DNA of 64,000 nt from the human T2T-CHM13v2.0 reference genome, Homo sapiens (GCF_009914755.1 NC_060945.1), one strand, 5' to 3'. Numbered from the stretch's first letter, positions 44,001-58,666 are shown. A program made the numbers and translations. Notes: a model not told the origin generated them from the letters alone.

Positions 44001-46292
44001 TCTCTTTGCCAGTGTACAGACCCAAAATGTCAAGTTATTATGCACTAGTAGAAGGACATATTTTCTTCACACTTTATTAATTAATCTATTTCGTGAATTT
44101 TTCTTTTCAAATGTCTATCACTGTAATTATCTTTGCTTATACCAAATTCAGTTTCACTGGATTACTTAGAATGCTGATATTCAAATAGTTTTTTGAAGCT
44201 CAGATTTCAGGCTTTGTTCAGTTCTACTTACAGTATTTATTACGATTAATCATTATTCCACCTGCCTCTGAGCACCTTTTACCTAGTAGTAGCAGAGGTG
44301 AGTCCAGTCTCGTGCAGGAAGAACAAGGATGTGTTTGGCAGGTAAGCTGATTAGTGAGTCTACATCAAGTGATTGAGTCAACAGTTCATACCAACATAGC
44401 TAGAGCAATGCTTTTTGAACTATGGGCAGCTGTCCTTCCTCTTGATGCATGCCTCTTTAATCATTTCCAGCATTTTCTTTTCCATTTGTTATTTTCACCA
44501 GGGAAGAGAGAGCCTTATAATATTAGTCTGTTATGTTAGCTTTCCATAGATGTACACATTATTTAAATCATATGTAAATTAGATCCATCCTTCAATAAAA
44601 ATTTTAAAACTAGTAAATCATCTCCTAATAATTTTTCAAAATTTAAATTACTGTTAATTTCAGATAAGGCTAATAGGCAATGGTTTTCTTGTTCTACAAT
44701 ACTCTTAACCTAGAACTAAGCCATGTTCTCTAATAACCAGATCTCAAGGTATATGAATTTTCTTTCATTATTGGAAACATGGTTAGAGTGACCTAAAGCT
44801 CCAACTTATTATTACATACATGGAACCCAATCTAGCTAGTTCTTTCTTATTTAAATTATCTTTCCTTAGAGCCCTTTCATTGTTCCTCTTGGGGAGGACT
44901 TAAAGGTTTTCTTGGTTCTAGTCACAATCAGAAAATATATAATGAATTTTTTACATATAAGGTGAAAGAAGTAGAGGTACATTATTGCTTGAAAACAAGG
45001 TGTAGCACATTTTTAAAAATTACTATGTTAAATAGAATCAGCATATGTAAACAGAACACCAGCTAAACTACCCCCACCTAAACTTTAAATGAAGACAACT
45101 GAGTAAAATGAGTAAGATGTTTTCTGACGTAATCACTGAAGTCTCAAAGGAAAACAGGACAGTCACAAAATTACCAGGTCTGATGAGTTAACTACTTAAA
45201 AGTGTGATTAAAAGCCAATGGAAATGATAGGAATGGCAGCAAAAAAGCATCCTGAATGTAGAAATAGAGGTACATTCAACTGGCCAACTGGAGTAGGATT
45301 TCTGTTATCCAAGGCTGCGTTAAGTGATTAAGAATGCACACTAGAAGGCATGGTTTTCACATTATCTCAACACATCTGCTCAGTGGATGAGTAGTGGATG
45401 ATATGGAGGTTGTCTGGTAATCTTAAATGGAAGAGGATATAAGCCATGAAACAGGAGAGTGAGGAATGTGATAGAAATATGTTTGAACCTCACATGTTGT
45501 TAAGTTCTGAAGCCCTTAGGAATTTCATCTTTTAAAATTATTATTATGTTCCATTGTTATTTCTCCTCAAGAATAGACTGTGACTTTTCTTTCTTATCTT
45601 CATATTTTTAAAAATAGTCTCTAACACGTTTTGTACAAAATCTCTAAGGAAATTTTAGGGTTTCTTTAAATTCTTAACTCAGTATTTTTCAAGGCAAACC
45701 ATTCCGAATAAAGGAACACAACATTTCTGACATATTTGAAGTATGTAAAAACTCTAAATTACGTGGATCCTAATGAATCATAGTTGCAGTTTAGGTAGCT
45801 ATCCTAAAAATTAGGAAGGTCAAATACTACCTCTTTGTTTGGAAATTCCACCTCCGTGATTTGTTCATGATAGCCTTTTTGTGAGAAGGGTTTTGACTGT
45901 AAAGAATGAATGAATGAGTAAGCAGTTTTTATTAAACAAGCTCAACTTTGTTCTGTTGCTGCTGTCTCTTTGTTGTTGTAATGTATGCTTCTAATTCACG
46001 CAATACCAACATGTTTTCCCTCTCTTCAAGAAACAAGCTTTACTAAAATACTTTCACTTCTAAACAACGTGATACATATATTTGAAATTTTCTTTGAGTT
46101 AATAGAGGCCTACTTTAGAGTGTTGTCTAGAATATTGATAAAAATCTTTTTAAGTATCCTCAAAGCTGCCTGAACAGGGGATGAAGGGTAGTCAGAAATA
46201 GAAATATGCCTTCTATTTTCTCATACTATTTATTGAGTATTTTCTAAATAATAAAGGGGGAAAGAAGATATAAATATTATCCAAAAGAAATA

Positions 46293-46432
46293 CGAAGGAG
46301 AAATGCTTGACGTGATGGATACCCTGTTTACCCTGATGTGATTACACAGTGCATGCCTATGTCAAAATATTTCCTGTAATCCATAAATATATATACCTAC
46401 TATGTACCCATAAAAATTAAAAACTAAACAAA
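46293..46432 (+). mobile_element. L1MA 3'-end fragment
   Basis: GTGATGGATACCC...TTACCCTGATGTGATT...ATATATACCTACTATGTACCCATAAAAATTAAAAA. Confidence 0.75.
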
Positions 46433-47942
46433 TTTTTCCAAGGTATATGGGCGTATACTTTCACTTTACAGTTGTAGAAGTTGGATGCCTGAGGTTTGGA
46501 TAAATTACTGCTTTCACAAGTCAGATTCCTTTAAAACTGGTTGGGGATTTTGAGAATGCATCCAATGTATCTGCTCCTGCTCTAGTGAAGAAGTCCTCGG
46601 CTGCTGCTACTCAGGACAAAATCATCATGGTGCATGGAAGAAACCAGTAAAAGGACCCGTAAATATTAGATTTTTCTGACTTGTTCACTTGCCTCTTCCT
46701 CCTTCCCATAAGTGTACTCTTTTTTTTAGGGTCTATGTGCAAGCAGTTTTTTTTAAATATAATCATAAAAGTTGCTTTTTCAAAGGAGTCTAAAATGCAT
46801 TTCATATTTGTCATTGTTTTCTTTAAATCTAGAACTCTTTTGGAAGGGATATGTAACTTGAGATGGCATTGTTATAGTTTGGAAACTGTATTCATCTGCT
46901 TCTTCAACTCAAAATAACAGTGCCTTCAGATCCTGAAAACTTAACTACTTGTCTTTATTTATTTTTACCCCACTACAGCTTATGTACCGTAATCAATAGG
47001 AGTTCAGACTTTATCCTCGTTTTTGCTGCATTTCACATCTTCAAAAATCAACAACTCTGTCAAAGAATTCCAGACACATAAAGCCAAGTTTAAGAAATAG
47101 TCATGAATTGGGATTTTTTTTTCTCCATTTAACAAAATTTACTTTAAAAATAGCAGGGAAAATAACTCCAAATCAATCTGTTACAAGGAAATGTTATTTT
47201 ATGTTTGTATGGCGCTTTTTGTTTTCAATGGTTTTAAAGTTGCAAAATTGATGTTCCATTCCACGGTGGTAGTGTAATGCATTTTCAAAGGAAGAAACCG
47301 AAGCCTTGAGGTGTTAAGTATCCTGTCTGTAGTTGCACAATGAACATGGCAGAGAGAAAATTAGAACTCAGTTTCTAAGTTTTGTTTTCTTTCATCTGTC
47401 TCTCTTTCACATATTAAATTCTCAAATTAGAAGTGTGATGTGCTTTCAAATTTAATTTAGACCCCTAAAAAATACTTTTTCTGTGATACATTTATGCTTA
47501 CTTTTCTATAGTCTAAGTGATTATTTTCAAAAAGTTTAAAAAAGTAGTTAGAAATATGAATGACCCAGGAATGCAAAAAGAAGCCTCCAGACTGATAGAT
47601 TTTATTCTGGTAAAACTAAAACGCTCCTGGAAGTTTTGTTATAAATTTTTTTCCAAGAACTGACTTTATTCCTCTGGAAATGACATCATGATGTATCACT
47701 AAGTGGTCTACTTTGTCATGAAACTTGAGACTACCACATGGGATAGAATATTTAAGTTCCTGAACTTCTTAATGACTTAAGTTTTCTTGAACATTAAGGT
47801 ATTCAGTGACTACTCTCACAGGCTTACTAGATAATGAAAAGTCTAATCTTTAGCTGAATCTTCAGTCATATAATGTGTAGTCAGATAAGAAGTGAATAGA
47901 CAACACAATAGTTAAGTAATGAGCCAATGGAAAAATGAATGA

Positions 47943-48498
<556 letters not shown>

Positions 48499-49329
48499 AT
48501 GTTCCCAAATTTGAAGCCTTAGAGATTCTCAACATTTGCGAATTCGTTAAACAAATACATTCCTGAGATGAAATTTTTCACAGCTACTTAAAATATTGAT
48601 TAGTCCAATAGTAACATAAAAGAAAGAACATGAGCTTTGAGATCAGAAAAACCTATATTTGCGTCCTCTGTCACTTGCAAAATGTTCCAAATATAAAGAA
48701 ACTCCTGGAATCTGTGCGCACTGTTAGTTTCTTTGTAGAATCCTCTCTGACCTGACACAGACTACTTATCCTATGGTGTACTGAGATTTAACACTGTGCT
48801 TGCAGAGAGACCAATTTAATTTTGGGAGGTAATCTGACTGAAGACTTAAGAAAGGAATGAATGGAATCAGATAGGCCACAATCAAATTCTGGCCACTTAC
48901 TAGTGGTAACACATTGGGTACATTACTTCTTTGAAGCTCAGATTTCTTGTCAATAAATTGCTAACAATTAAATACTGTTTACCCAGTGGATGATAAAATG
49001 CCATTATATGTACTAGCACCGAGCTAGGTATGGATTTGGTATTAACTACATAGTAATTGTTAGCATTGTTGTTGTGTGTCTTATGCTAATCTAAAACTTT
49101 TACTCAAAAAGATTTTAGTCGGTCATTTATGCCCAAAGTATTACTTCTTAGTACACCAAACACCCTGTCTGACCAAACCCCCAATCCAACTGCCTGGCCA
49201 TTTTTCCTAGTAACATTCCTTGTATAAGCCAGCATTTTTGCAGTTCTAGTCATTTCCCCCAAACTGTGTGAATTCCCAGCCTGAGCCTTTCCTCCTGCTC
49301 AGCCCACAGACTATGTCTTTTCTCCCTCT

Positions 49330-49630
49330 TCTAGATTTTCCTGTTGAACAGTCCTTTTCCTTCAAGGTTTAACTCAAGTGGAGCTTCCTGCTGGAAGCCT
49401 TCTATAAAGCACTCAGTATTTACTGTCTTTTTCTCCTGTGCTTTTATAGCACTTTGCATTTGATAGAATGCTTCACACTTTCCATAGATCATAATTTCTA
49501 TATCTGACTCTCTACCATATATTAAACTTCTTGAAGACAGAAGCTATTTTTCCCTTCATTTTTGTAATTCTTTTAGCAACTTGGTAACTTGTGCTCAGTG
49601 GATATTTATAAAATATATGTCAAATTAAAT
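49330..49630 (+). mobile_element. L2 relic
   Basis: TCCTTCAAGG...CTCAAGTG...GGAAGCCTTCT...AAACTTCTTGAAGACAGAAG. Confidence 0.5.
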
Positions 49631-50388
49631 TCAAGTGACTGAAAGCTCTAGAAATAACCTTGTGTAACCCTTCTTGACACAGATGTGCCATTTGAAGTGC
49701 CCATTTGAATATGATTTTTTAAATTTTTACATATTGAATTTTCACATACATAAAGTTGGTTCTAAAAGGCTAAAAGTACTGGTATACTTGACACAGAATC
49801 TCTCCCCCCTCACATTTCATTTTAATTTATTGCACAGATAGAAAACTAATGGGTACAATTATATGGATATAATCTTTCCATCTGGGCTAGTTCATGAACA
49901 AAGCATATTAGGTAATTTACAAGCTATATCCTGGCTTGCTTAAAACAGTATCTGTAACATTTTGGGAAATTTTACTAGTTCAAGAGAGGGAGAGATAAGT
50001 GAATTGATTTACATGGTCGATTTGGAAGACTTATGGATCCTCTGGAAAGAAAATAAACTCAAGAGTTTTCAAATATAATGTCTTACAATTCTCTCTTTAG
50101 AAAGGAAGAAATTGTAGTTCTTTAAAACTGATTAACTATGAGGATGGTAAGACTGGGGGAAAGGATAGGCCAAAACTTGGCCTGAACACGAGTGTCAGCT
50201 GATCTTGAAAGAGTTTCTAATTTTAGTGTAATTAAAATAAAAATTTTTAATAGCTTCACCTATTGCCACATAATATTAATTAGGCCTCCAAAGACAAGAA
50301 AAGCTCCTCTATGAACCACTTTTACGGGAATCTCTGTGCCCTCTTAGAGTTTCAAGTCTGCGACTTGAAAGATTTAAACTACAAAATT

Positions 50389-50498
50389 CTGTGTGTATGT
50401 GTGTGTCTCTCTCTCTGTCTCTCTTTCTCTCTCTATGTGTGTGTGTCTGTCTCTCACACAGACACACACACAGACACAAACACACACACACACACACG
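50389..50498. repeat. Compound (TG)n-(TC)n-(TG)n-(CA)n microsatellite
   Basis: Directly visible. Confidence 0.95.
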
Positions 50499-50748
50499 TA
50501 ATTTTCTCCCAAAAAATTTACACCCAAATTAATGGCGTGTTCCTTTTTGACAAAGACTTTGGCTAAACCCTCTTGTAAAACATTCTAAAATGGCTAGTGA
50601 TATCTACCTACTGACAAGGAGTCAGTGTAATCAATAACCCAATCAAACACTCAAAATGCTTAACTATAATCTTAGGATTTTTAAATATCCTGATCATTTT
50701 CACTTGGTACTTCATATTGAATGAATATCACCAAGATCCAACTTGATA

Positions 50749-51029
50749 GGCTGGGCGCAGTGGCTCACGCCTGTAAATCACAGCACTTTGGGAGGCCGAG
50801 GCGGGCAGATCACGGGAGGTCAGGACTTTGAGACAAGCCTGGCCAACATGGTGAAACCCTGCCTCTACTAAAAATACAAAAATTAGCTGGGCGTGGTGGC
50901 AGGCGCATGTAATCCCAGCTACTGGGAGGCTGAGGCAGGAAGTCACTTGAACCCGGTAGGCGGAGATCGCAGTAAGCCGAGTTCTAGCCACTGCATTTCA
51001 GTCTGGGCAACAGAGAGAGACTCCGTCTC

Positions 51030-51061
<32 letters not shown>

Positions 51062-51066
51062 AAACA
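50749..51066 (+). mobile_element. AluS element
   Basis: Full dimer; TSD AAGATCCAACTTGAT. Confidence 0.95.
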
Positions 51067-51119
51067 AAGATCCAACTTGATTTAAAAAAAAAAAAAAAAG
51101 GTGGGGCTGGGGCTGGACT

Positions 51120-51394
<275 letters not shown>

Positions 51395-52793
51395 AGTGGC
51401 TGGACTTGCCAGAGTTGGGTTGGCAAAGAAAACCCATCCAATTTTAAAATGATCAAGGTCATTGTAGACTTTGAAAAATCTTTATTTCTGTTTGTATACA
51501 ATGGTGAACTTAAACAATTCGTGAGAATTTTGCAAGTCAGTATAAGCTCCAATTCTCCTTCTTCAGAAATGGAGAAGAACTTTTTTAATATTACATATTT
51601 TTCTTTAAATAATAAAGAGACAAATTAATTCCTATTAAATCTTAATTTGGAAGTATTGTTTGATTGTGGAAGATTCTAGAATGCATGTTAAGAATCTGAT
51701 TTTGTCTATGAGCTCCTTCCCTGTTTCCATGGTTCTCTCCAGTTCTACCTTCCAATATTCTCATCATGTTATACTTTATCCAAAAAGACTAAACTTTTCA
51801 CCCTTCTCTGAATATACATTTTCATTACTTTCCACCAAACTACTTTTAAATATCTAAAATTCTACCACTTTCCAAGGAGACTTATGTGCTATTACAAACA
51901 AAATAGGCCTATAAACAAATAACTAATATAAATGAAAGCTGCCTTAATCATTACAAAACCATTATTAGGATTAAAAAGCCCTTACTAAATAGTAATCAAA
52001 CATAATTTTAGAGCTAGTTTAATGGCAATTATATTTCAATACATACTTTAAAAATGTATGTTGTGTCTCTTTAACACCTAGCTCTAAGAAATTAAAATTA
52101 TTATTATCACAATATTTTATATATATGACTAACAAAAAACTCGCAATATTAATAAAATGCCATGTTTCTCTACTCTTTAAAAAGAGTTAAGCTAATATCA
52201 ATGTACTAAGTAATAAGAGTAAAATATGTTTGCAAATGGACATGGAATATTCACCTATGTTAGAACTTTCTCCTTCAGTCTACCAGCTCAAATCTATATG
52301 AGAAACCTATTTTTAGTTCTTGTAAAAGAATAAAGCCTGGCACCCATTTTTAGTTTAGCAAGCTCATAGTGACACATAGAGCATTTTTCTATAGCGTTTT
52401 CATAGCATATGTTGTATGGATCACATACTAAATATTTATTTTGTAATTTACAGTCTAGAGGAATTATGAAAAAAGAAACTGGGTAAAAAATATTAGATCA
52501 AACTTTGATAATAATAAGTTTAAGTAAGAAACTAACTTTTGAAATTTACATGTTAGCTGGGCATATTTCAAGATATCATCTGTTGGGAAACACCTAAAAC
52601 AAGTTGTTTTCTAGTAAGATTTACCCCCCACCGCCCCCGTTTTTTTTCTTTTAGCTGAATTGTTATGTTTTTTTCTGAACAAGTATTTGTGTGACAGTTT
52701 CTACTGCTACTGGTTCAGCTGACATTCTATCATAAATAATAAAAATTCTTGGATATTTTTACTCTTACAAATATAGTAAATCTTCACTTATAT

Positions 52794-53170
52794 TAATATA
52801 TGTAAATTGTACATATATAATATATGTAAATTGTACATATATAATATATGTAAATTGTACATATATAATATATGTAAATTGTACATATATAATATATGTA
52901 AATTGTACATATATAATATATGTAAATTGTACATATATATGTAAATTGTACATATATAAGATATGTAAATTGTACATATATTATATATGTAAATTGTACA
53001 TATATAATATATGTAAATTGCACATATATAATATATGTAAATTGTACATATATAATATATGTAAATTGTACATATATAATATATGTAAATTGCACATATA
53101 TTATATGTGTAAATTGTACATATATAATATGTGTAAATTGTACATATATAATATATGTAAATTGTCATAT
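52794..53170. repeat. AT-rich minisatellite, 24-bp unit TGTAAATTGTACATATATAATATA, ~15.5 copies
   Basis: TGTAAATTG core recurs at 52801, 52825, 52849, 52873, 52897, 52921, 52940 (the preceding unit is 19 bp), 52964 ... 53156. Confidence 0.97.
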
Positions 53171-56100
53171 GTTACAGATGCTTTAGAAACATTGTATATT
53201 TGAATAACTATACATCACAGGACCACAGAATTCTGGAATACGTGTGAATTAAAATCATTAAAATGTTTATAAACTGAAAACTCAGTCATGTGAATTTACT
53301 TATGAAGAATACCTTAATATCACAGTAGAGAACAGAGTATGGGAGATGTTTAATTTTAGTCCAGTTTTAAAACAATGATATGTTTAACTGGCTGCTTACT
53401 TTTAAATGATATATTCATAAAGTTTAGCAATGTTCATTCACAAATTTTCCCTGTAAATTTAACTTTCCCTGCACTAATCAACAATATAAGTTAGTAGACT
53501 CTAGTTACTTCTGGATTGCTTGGTTCATATCTTAAAAAGGAGAGATTTTTTTAAATGGTGTTTACTCAGAAAGTAATGACATCTTTTAAGGGAGAAAATT
53601 TGGCATTTTACATTTCAGAAGCAACAGTATTGGCAGATGTATATCAGGATTTTAAAAATTCCTTGCAAAAATATGCATATTCCAGCCAGCTGGAAACAAC
53701 ATGAGACCTTTATTCTACGGGAGATCTAGAGAGGTTGTGTGCCTCTCTAGATCCCCTTCCTCCATATCCTACAGTGAGTTAATAACCAGTGGTGGGCAAG
53801 AATGCAGATCACCTGCCTTTTGGGTAGGTGTAATTTTTCATTACCTTGAAAGTCTTAAAGGTAATCCTCGAATATCGAATACTTTATTATTTATTAAATC
53901 ACATTTCTAACTGTTCCAGACCATGTTTCTATAGCCTGTGTACACAGTGATTGACACATAAAAATCAGTCACATTTAACAAGTGCATGAACTTAAACATC
54001 TTTATATGAATTTAATATCTAATTGTGAATTGCTACTCACTATGTGATCGCCATCTGTCATTCAGCATGAACTGAGAACTATACATTATCACTATTTATT
54101 GGTTCAATCTTTTTCAAGGCACAATGCCTAAGGAAGTTACTGATTATTGATCCACCGTAATTGAAATGCCCACACATTTGAAAAAAGATGGTTAATGAAA
54201 ATAACTTGTTTCCCTGTATATTGATTTAACTAAAGAAAGTAAAACGCATTTGTGATTCGCTTGTACATTGTTTTCTAACCACAATAAAAACTGACTTGAG
54301 AAGTTTGTCAGACGTATATATTTATTTCACAAATAGGTATCTTTTTGATGGCTTTTGTGAAGAAAATGATGCATTGGAATTGATATATTGTGCATAATAT
54401 AAATGCCAATAATACACTTATTCTTCTAGATTTTTATTTATTCTAAGTTTATCCAATTATTATGTAGGGCTGTTTACATCAAAGATTGACTGCCTCTGGT
54501 TTTGCTCTGGGGAGTCTTAGCTTTTGCCCTATGTACAGCTCTGTGCTTCTAAGGCAGAGCAAAAGTTGTTGGTGCTCGTGGGTTTCTCTCCTTCTTGTGC
54601 CAGAATCACTTCCCTGCAAGACTGCTTATGGAACATTCCTAACCCACATTTGTTTCTCCCAGGACTCTGGCTCCTTTGAGGGATTTGCCGGCCTAGCTGG
54701 ATGGAGGTATTCCAGCTCTGCTTTCTTTCAGATAATATTTCTATTCATTTTATCTAAATAAAGGATTATATTAGCTAAAAACGATTGAACTTGAGATATG
54801 AGTAGGTACCTTTCTAGTATCTGGTTTTGTTACAGGTTCTTATGGTTGATTTTCTGCCTGTAATGTAGTATTTTAATAGAACCGTCTTTAAATAGCAACA
54901 ACTCCTAGGAAAAAGTTTCGAGGAAACCTATGCAAGCTTTTTGAAAGAAATTGGCATTTAAGTGCTTAATTCAGTTAGCAACTCATAAAGTCTATATTGA
55001 CTGGGATGCAAATAGCCTTTATAAGCATTAATTTCATGACATGAACATTTTGTAGAAGTGAATGTAGAGTTTGTAGATCCTTAGGCAAATCTTCACTGTC
55101 AGTTGAATTTATTTAAAGAGCTTTTCTGGTCACCTTTGAACCTCAATGATTTCTCCAGATGTACAGAAGTGAACAATGTAAAAATCTTGCTGTTTCAGCA
55201 GAACTGATTCCAGCTGGCTGGGAACTGGATCTGCAAGTCATTGGTTACAGCTGTGTTTCGATTTATGTGATGGTTGAAAAAATAAATTACCCGATTAGAT
55301 GGCTGGAAAGAGGACTCTTTGTTTAGCCCTTGTGTGGGGACTGAAAGTGTTTATGGTGCTGTTTTCTACGCAGTCTTTGCAAAGTAAGCTGGACAAATAG
55401 ACTTATTCAATGCTTCTAAGAAATGTTGCATATTCAGCTTTAATTCTTCTACTAAAGAAACTGTATTTTTTTATAGTGCTGTCATCCAGCAAATGTTTTA
55501 AAGGTCTAGCATTTAAGAGAAGCAGTACGTTTTCTGTCCTACTGAGCACTGCATTTAGTAATTGAAAAGCAGTTTTCTTTTGTTTAATGTGTACTTTAAA
55601 ACATGTCTTTGTCAGGCACGGGAATGGGAATACATTTTCTCTTAAACTCAATACTTTATAATAGCAAAGTATCTGAACATAAGTTCTAACTTAACCCTTT
55701 TCCTCAGTGAGTTATGGCTAGTGTCACATAAGAGAAAATACATTAATTAAATTGCTGTATAAAGAAATATAGTCAAACATTACTGTAAAAAATTAACATG
55801 CCTGTGGGCCACTTAGGCTATTAGGCTTTTGAATTTGTGAATGTTTTATTTGTTATAAAAGTAAAGTTTTGTATGGAGAGTTTGGAAGAGCGTTAATCAG
55901 CATATAACTTTCCAGGCTAGTAAAAGTCAAAATGCTAACTCTTGGAGCTTTGGTATACAGAGCCTAACAAAATACCTCCCCAAAGAGACTAATATACTAA
56001 CACTATCTTGTGTGAGGAGTTTTTTGTTTGTTCTATTGCATTATTTTTTTAAGGTAACTTAACTTGGATCATTCTGTTTCCTAAGTTATAAGCTGTCAGA

Positions 56101-57689
56101 ACCAATGAATTGTTTACAGCTCACCCAGTTCCACTGTGGCATTAAAAAAGTGAGCGGTGGCTCTGGAACAGATAGCTACGATGATATGTCTTCATCATTA
56201 TTTTCTCAAACACTGATTTGCTAAATGATTTCAATATTTTTTGGAAATTTATTTTTTTCTTTAATGCTTTCTAAACTCCTGAAAAGGGCCCACATTCTTC
56301 AGTGAACTTGAGACTGAGGCCAAGCACTTGACTAGGTGTCACAAGGTCTCCTAAGTTCAGTAGCAGTTCAGTGTGGGGAACACCCAGGAATGTGTTATAT
56401 TTTCCAAGAAAATAGACAATTCTTTGCTATTTCCTTTCTTAAACAGCTATATATTATGGAATTTAAAGATGCAGAATAAATAAGCATAATATATCTAATA
56501 GGAGACAAAGGTGGGATTGATCTGTCTTGAATTGAAAGTCAGTTTTGCTATGTTACGCTATTTTCTTGATCAATGAAAGTATACCTTCTAACCCTTAACA
56601 AAATCAATACAATTGATTGGAAAAGATAGAACAAAGCATGAGAATGCAGAATACACTTGAACCTTCATTATTCAGAAATATTTAAATGATGTTTATAATG
56701 CTTAGAAGCATTTTCCACTAACTCCATGTAATGGAAGCTTCTTTAACCAAGATTGAAGACCTGAGTAATAGAGTTTGAGAATATGCTATAGTGGCATCCT
56801 TCATAGAATAACATGGTTTTTGTTTTTTTTTTTTAAGTTAAACTCATCTCACATTACTTATACTTCTAAAAGTGAGAGCAATTTCTATTACTGAGCATAG
56901 AGATAGCAAAGTGAAATTCAATCTTGAAAATAAAGTATATAAATTAATATGAAAAACTTAGAAAAGAAAAAAGTATCTATAAAGAGAGAGCACTTTTTAA
57001 TTTAAAATAATTTACTCTATATTTTGTGCTCCTGCTAACTGTCATAATTAGTAGATAAAGCATTTTCTTTTCTTATGAAAAGAACCCTACAAAATTAGCA
57101 TATTTTTTACATGAAAGAAAACTCTAAAAATCTAGAATAAAAATGATTATACACAGTCAGTATAATACCAATCCATTAATAACTTTATTCCCCTTCAATT
57201 AAGGAGCACTTGAAAAATGAATATTTTTTGAAACCAAAAAAGATGTTTTTAAAGTTTTTGCAAGTTGATAGAGAATTTTTAACCTATGATTCACCTGTTT
57301 TTCTGGTTTCCTTTGTATTCCAAATTTCAGAAATCCACTTAAGGAGGTTTTATAAACTATATATCTTATCCTGACAAATTTTAAATGCCTTATTAAAGCT
57401 AAAGTGTGTCTATTAGATCAATGAATCCTAAAATGTTTTTTTAATCCACATTGGCTAATTTTTGCAGTCATCCAATGAAATTATGAGGTTTTCTCCCCAG
57501 TGCCTATGCCATAACTGTGTTTACACATTTTTAAATCTTAGAAAATTACTATCTAGTTATAAAATGAAAATACTTTATATAGTATTTCAAATAATTAAAA
57601 ATTTCAGTGGGAATAAAGTAATCTACATAAAAGATCTAGTATAACATTTTGAAGTTGCCATATTATGCAGCTAATGTGAAATGGTACAA

Positions 57690-57992
57690 TTTTTTTTTTT
57701 TTTTTTTTTTTGAGATGGAGTCTCACTCTGTTGCCCAGGCTAGAGTGCAGTGGCCTGATCTCGGCTCGGTGCAACCTCTGCCTCCTGGCTCAAGCAATTC
57801 TCCTGTTTCAGCCTCCTGAATATCTGGGACTACAGGCGCACACCACAACGCCCAGCTAATTTTTGTATTTTTAGTAGAGATGGGGTTTCACCATATTGGT
57901 CAGACTGGTCTCGAACTCCTGACCTCAGGTGATTGACCTGCCTCAGCCTCCCAAAGTGCTGCAATTACAGGAATGAGCCACCACGCCTGGCC
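57690..57992 (-). mobile_element. AluS element
   Basis: T tract plus antisense dimer. Confidence 0.95.
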
Positions 57993-58224
57993 TGAGATCA
58001 TACACATTTTTGAAATTCAGCTACTAGGTGAGATACCACAGGGATATAGGAAGAGGCTATGTTATTAGCTTTACTGGGGATAAATGTTACTGGACAGTTA
58101 TTATGAGGGTTAAATTAGATAATTATGTAAACAGATATCTAAATAGCAGATAGTAATTACCAGGATGTGTTTCCAATTGTACTGTCCTTCCATTGCACAG
58201 GATTTAGGGCTAAATTGGGCTTTG

Positions 58225-58370
58225 GAGATAACCTAGTCCTCTCTCCTCATTTTAAAAATAAGAGAACTTAGGTTCCAAGAGTTAAATGACTTATCCAAGA
58301 TGATAGACATTATTAATTACAGAATTGGCACTAGAACCAGTTTTTCTCACTCTTAGATCAGTTATTTTTC
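58225..58370 (-). mobile_element. MIR relic
   Basis: CTCATTTTAAAAATAAGAGAACTTAGGTTCCAAGAGTTAAATGACTTATCCAAGAT. Confidence 0.6.
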
Positions 58371-58666
58371 TACTTTCTCACTTCGTTTCATGGTGTTGTA
58401 CATGGCCTACCATATGGAAAATAGTACTTTTCTATAGTTACGTTACTTAAAACATAAATTTTTATTGATCCTGTACCATAATATTCACAGTCTAAATACA
58501 ACAGTGATTCTGAAGTCATTTGAAGGCTTCTCACTTATATTCATTCTTAAAAAGCCAGGATTAATTATTTTCTCTCTCACCTGTTAGGAAGCACATCAAC
58601 CCAGCAGAAACATTACTTATTAGTATGTACAATATGGAGAACTATTGAAAAATACTCTTCCAGATT

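Noticed and set aside
52794-53170. CRISPR-like regular repeat
   Set aside because: No unique spacers, eukaryotic context and no cas genes; it is a simple tandem repeat.
52765-53203. Repetitive ORFs (YVQFTYII, ICTIYIYY, MYNLHILY)n
   Set aside because: Artefact of a 24-bp repeat unit that lacks stops in some frames.
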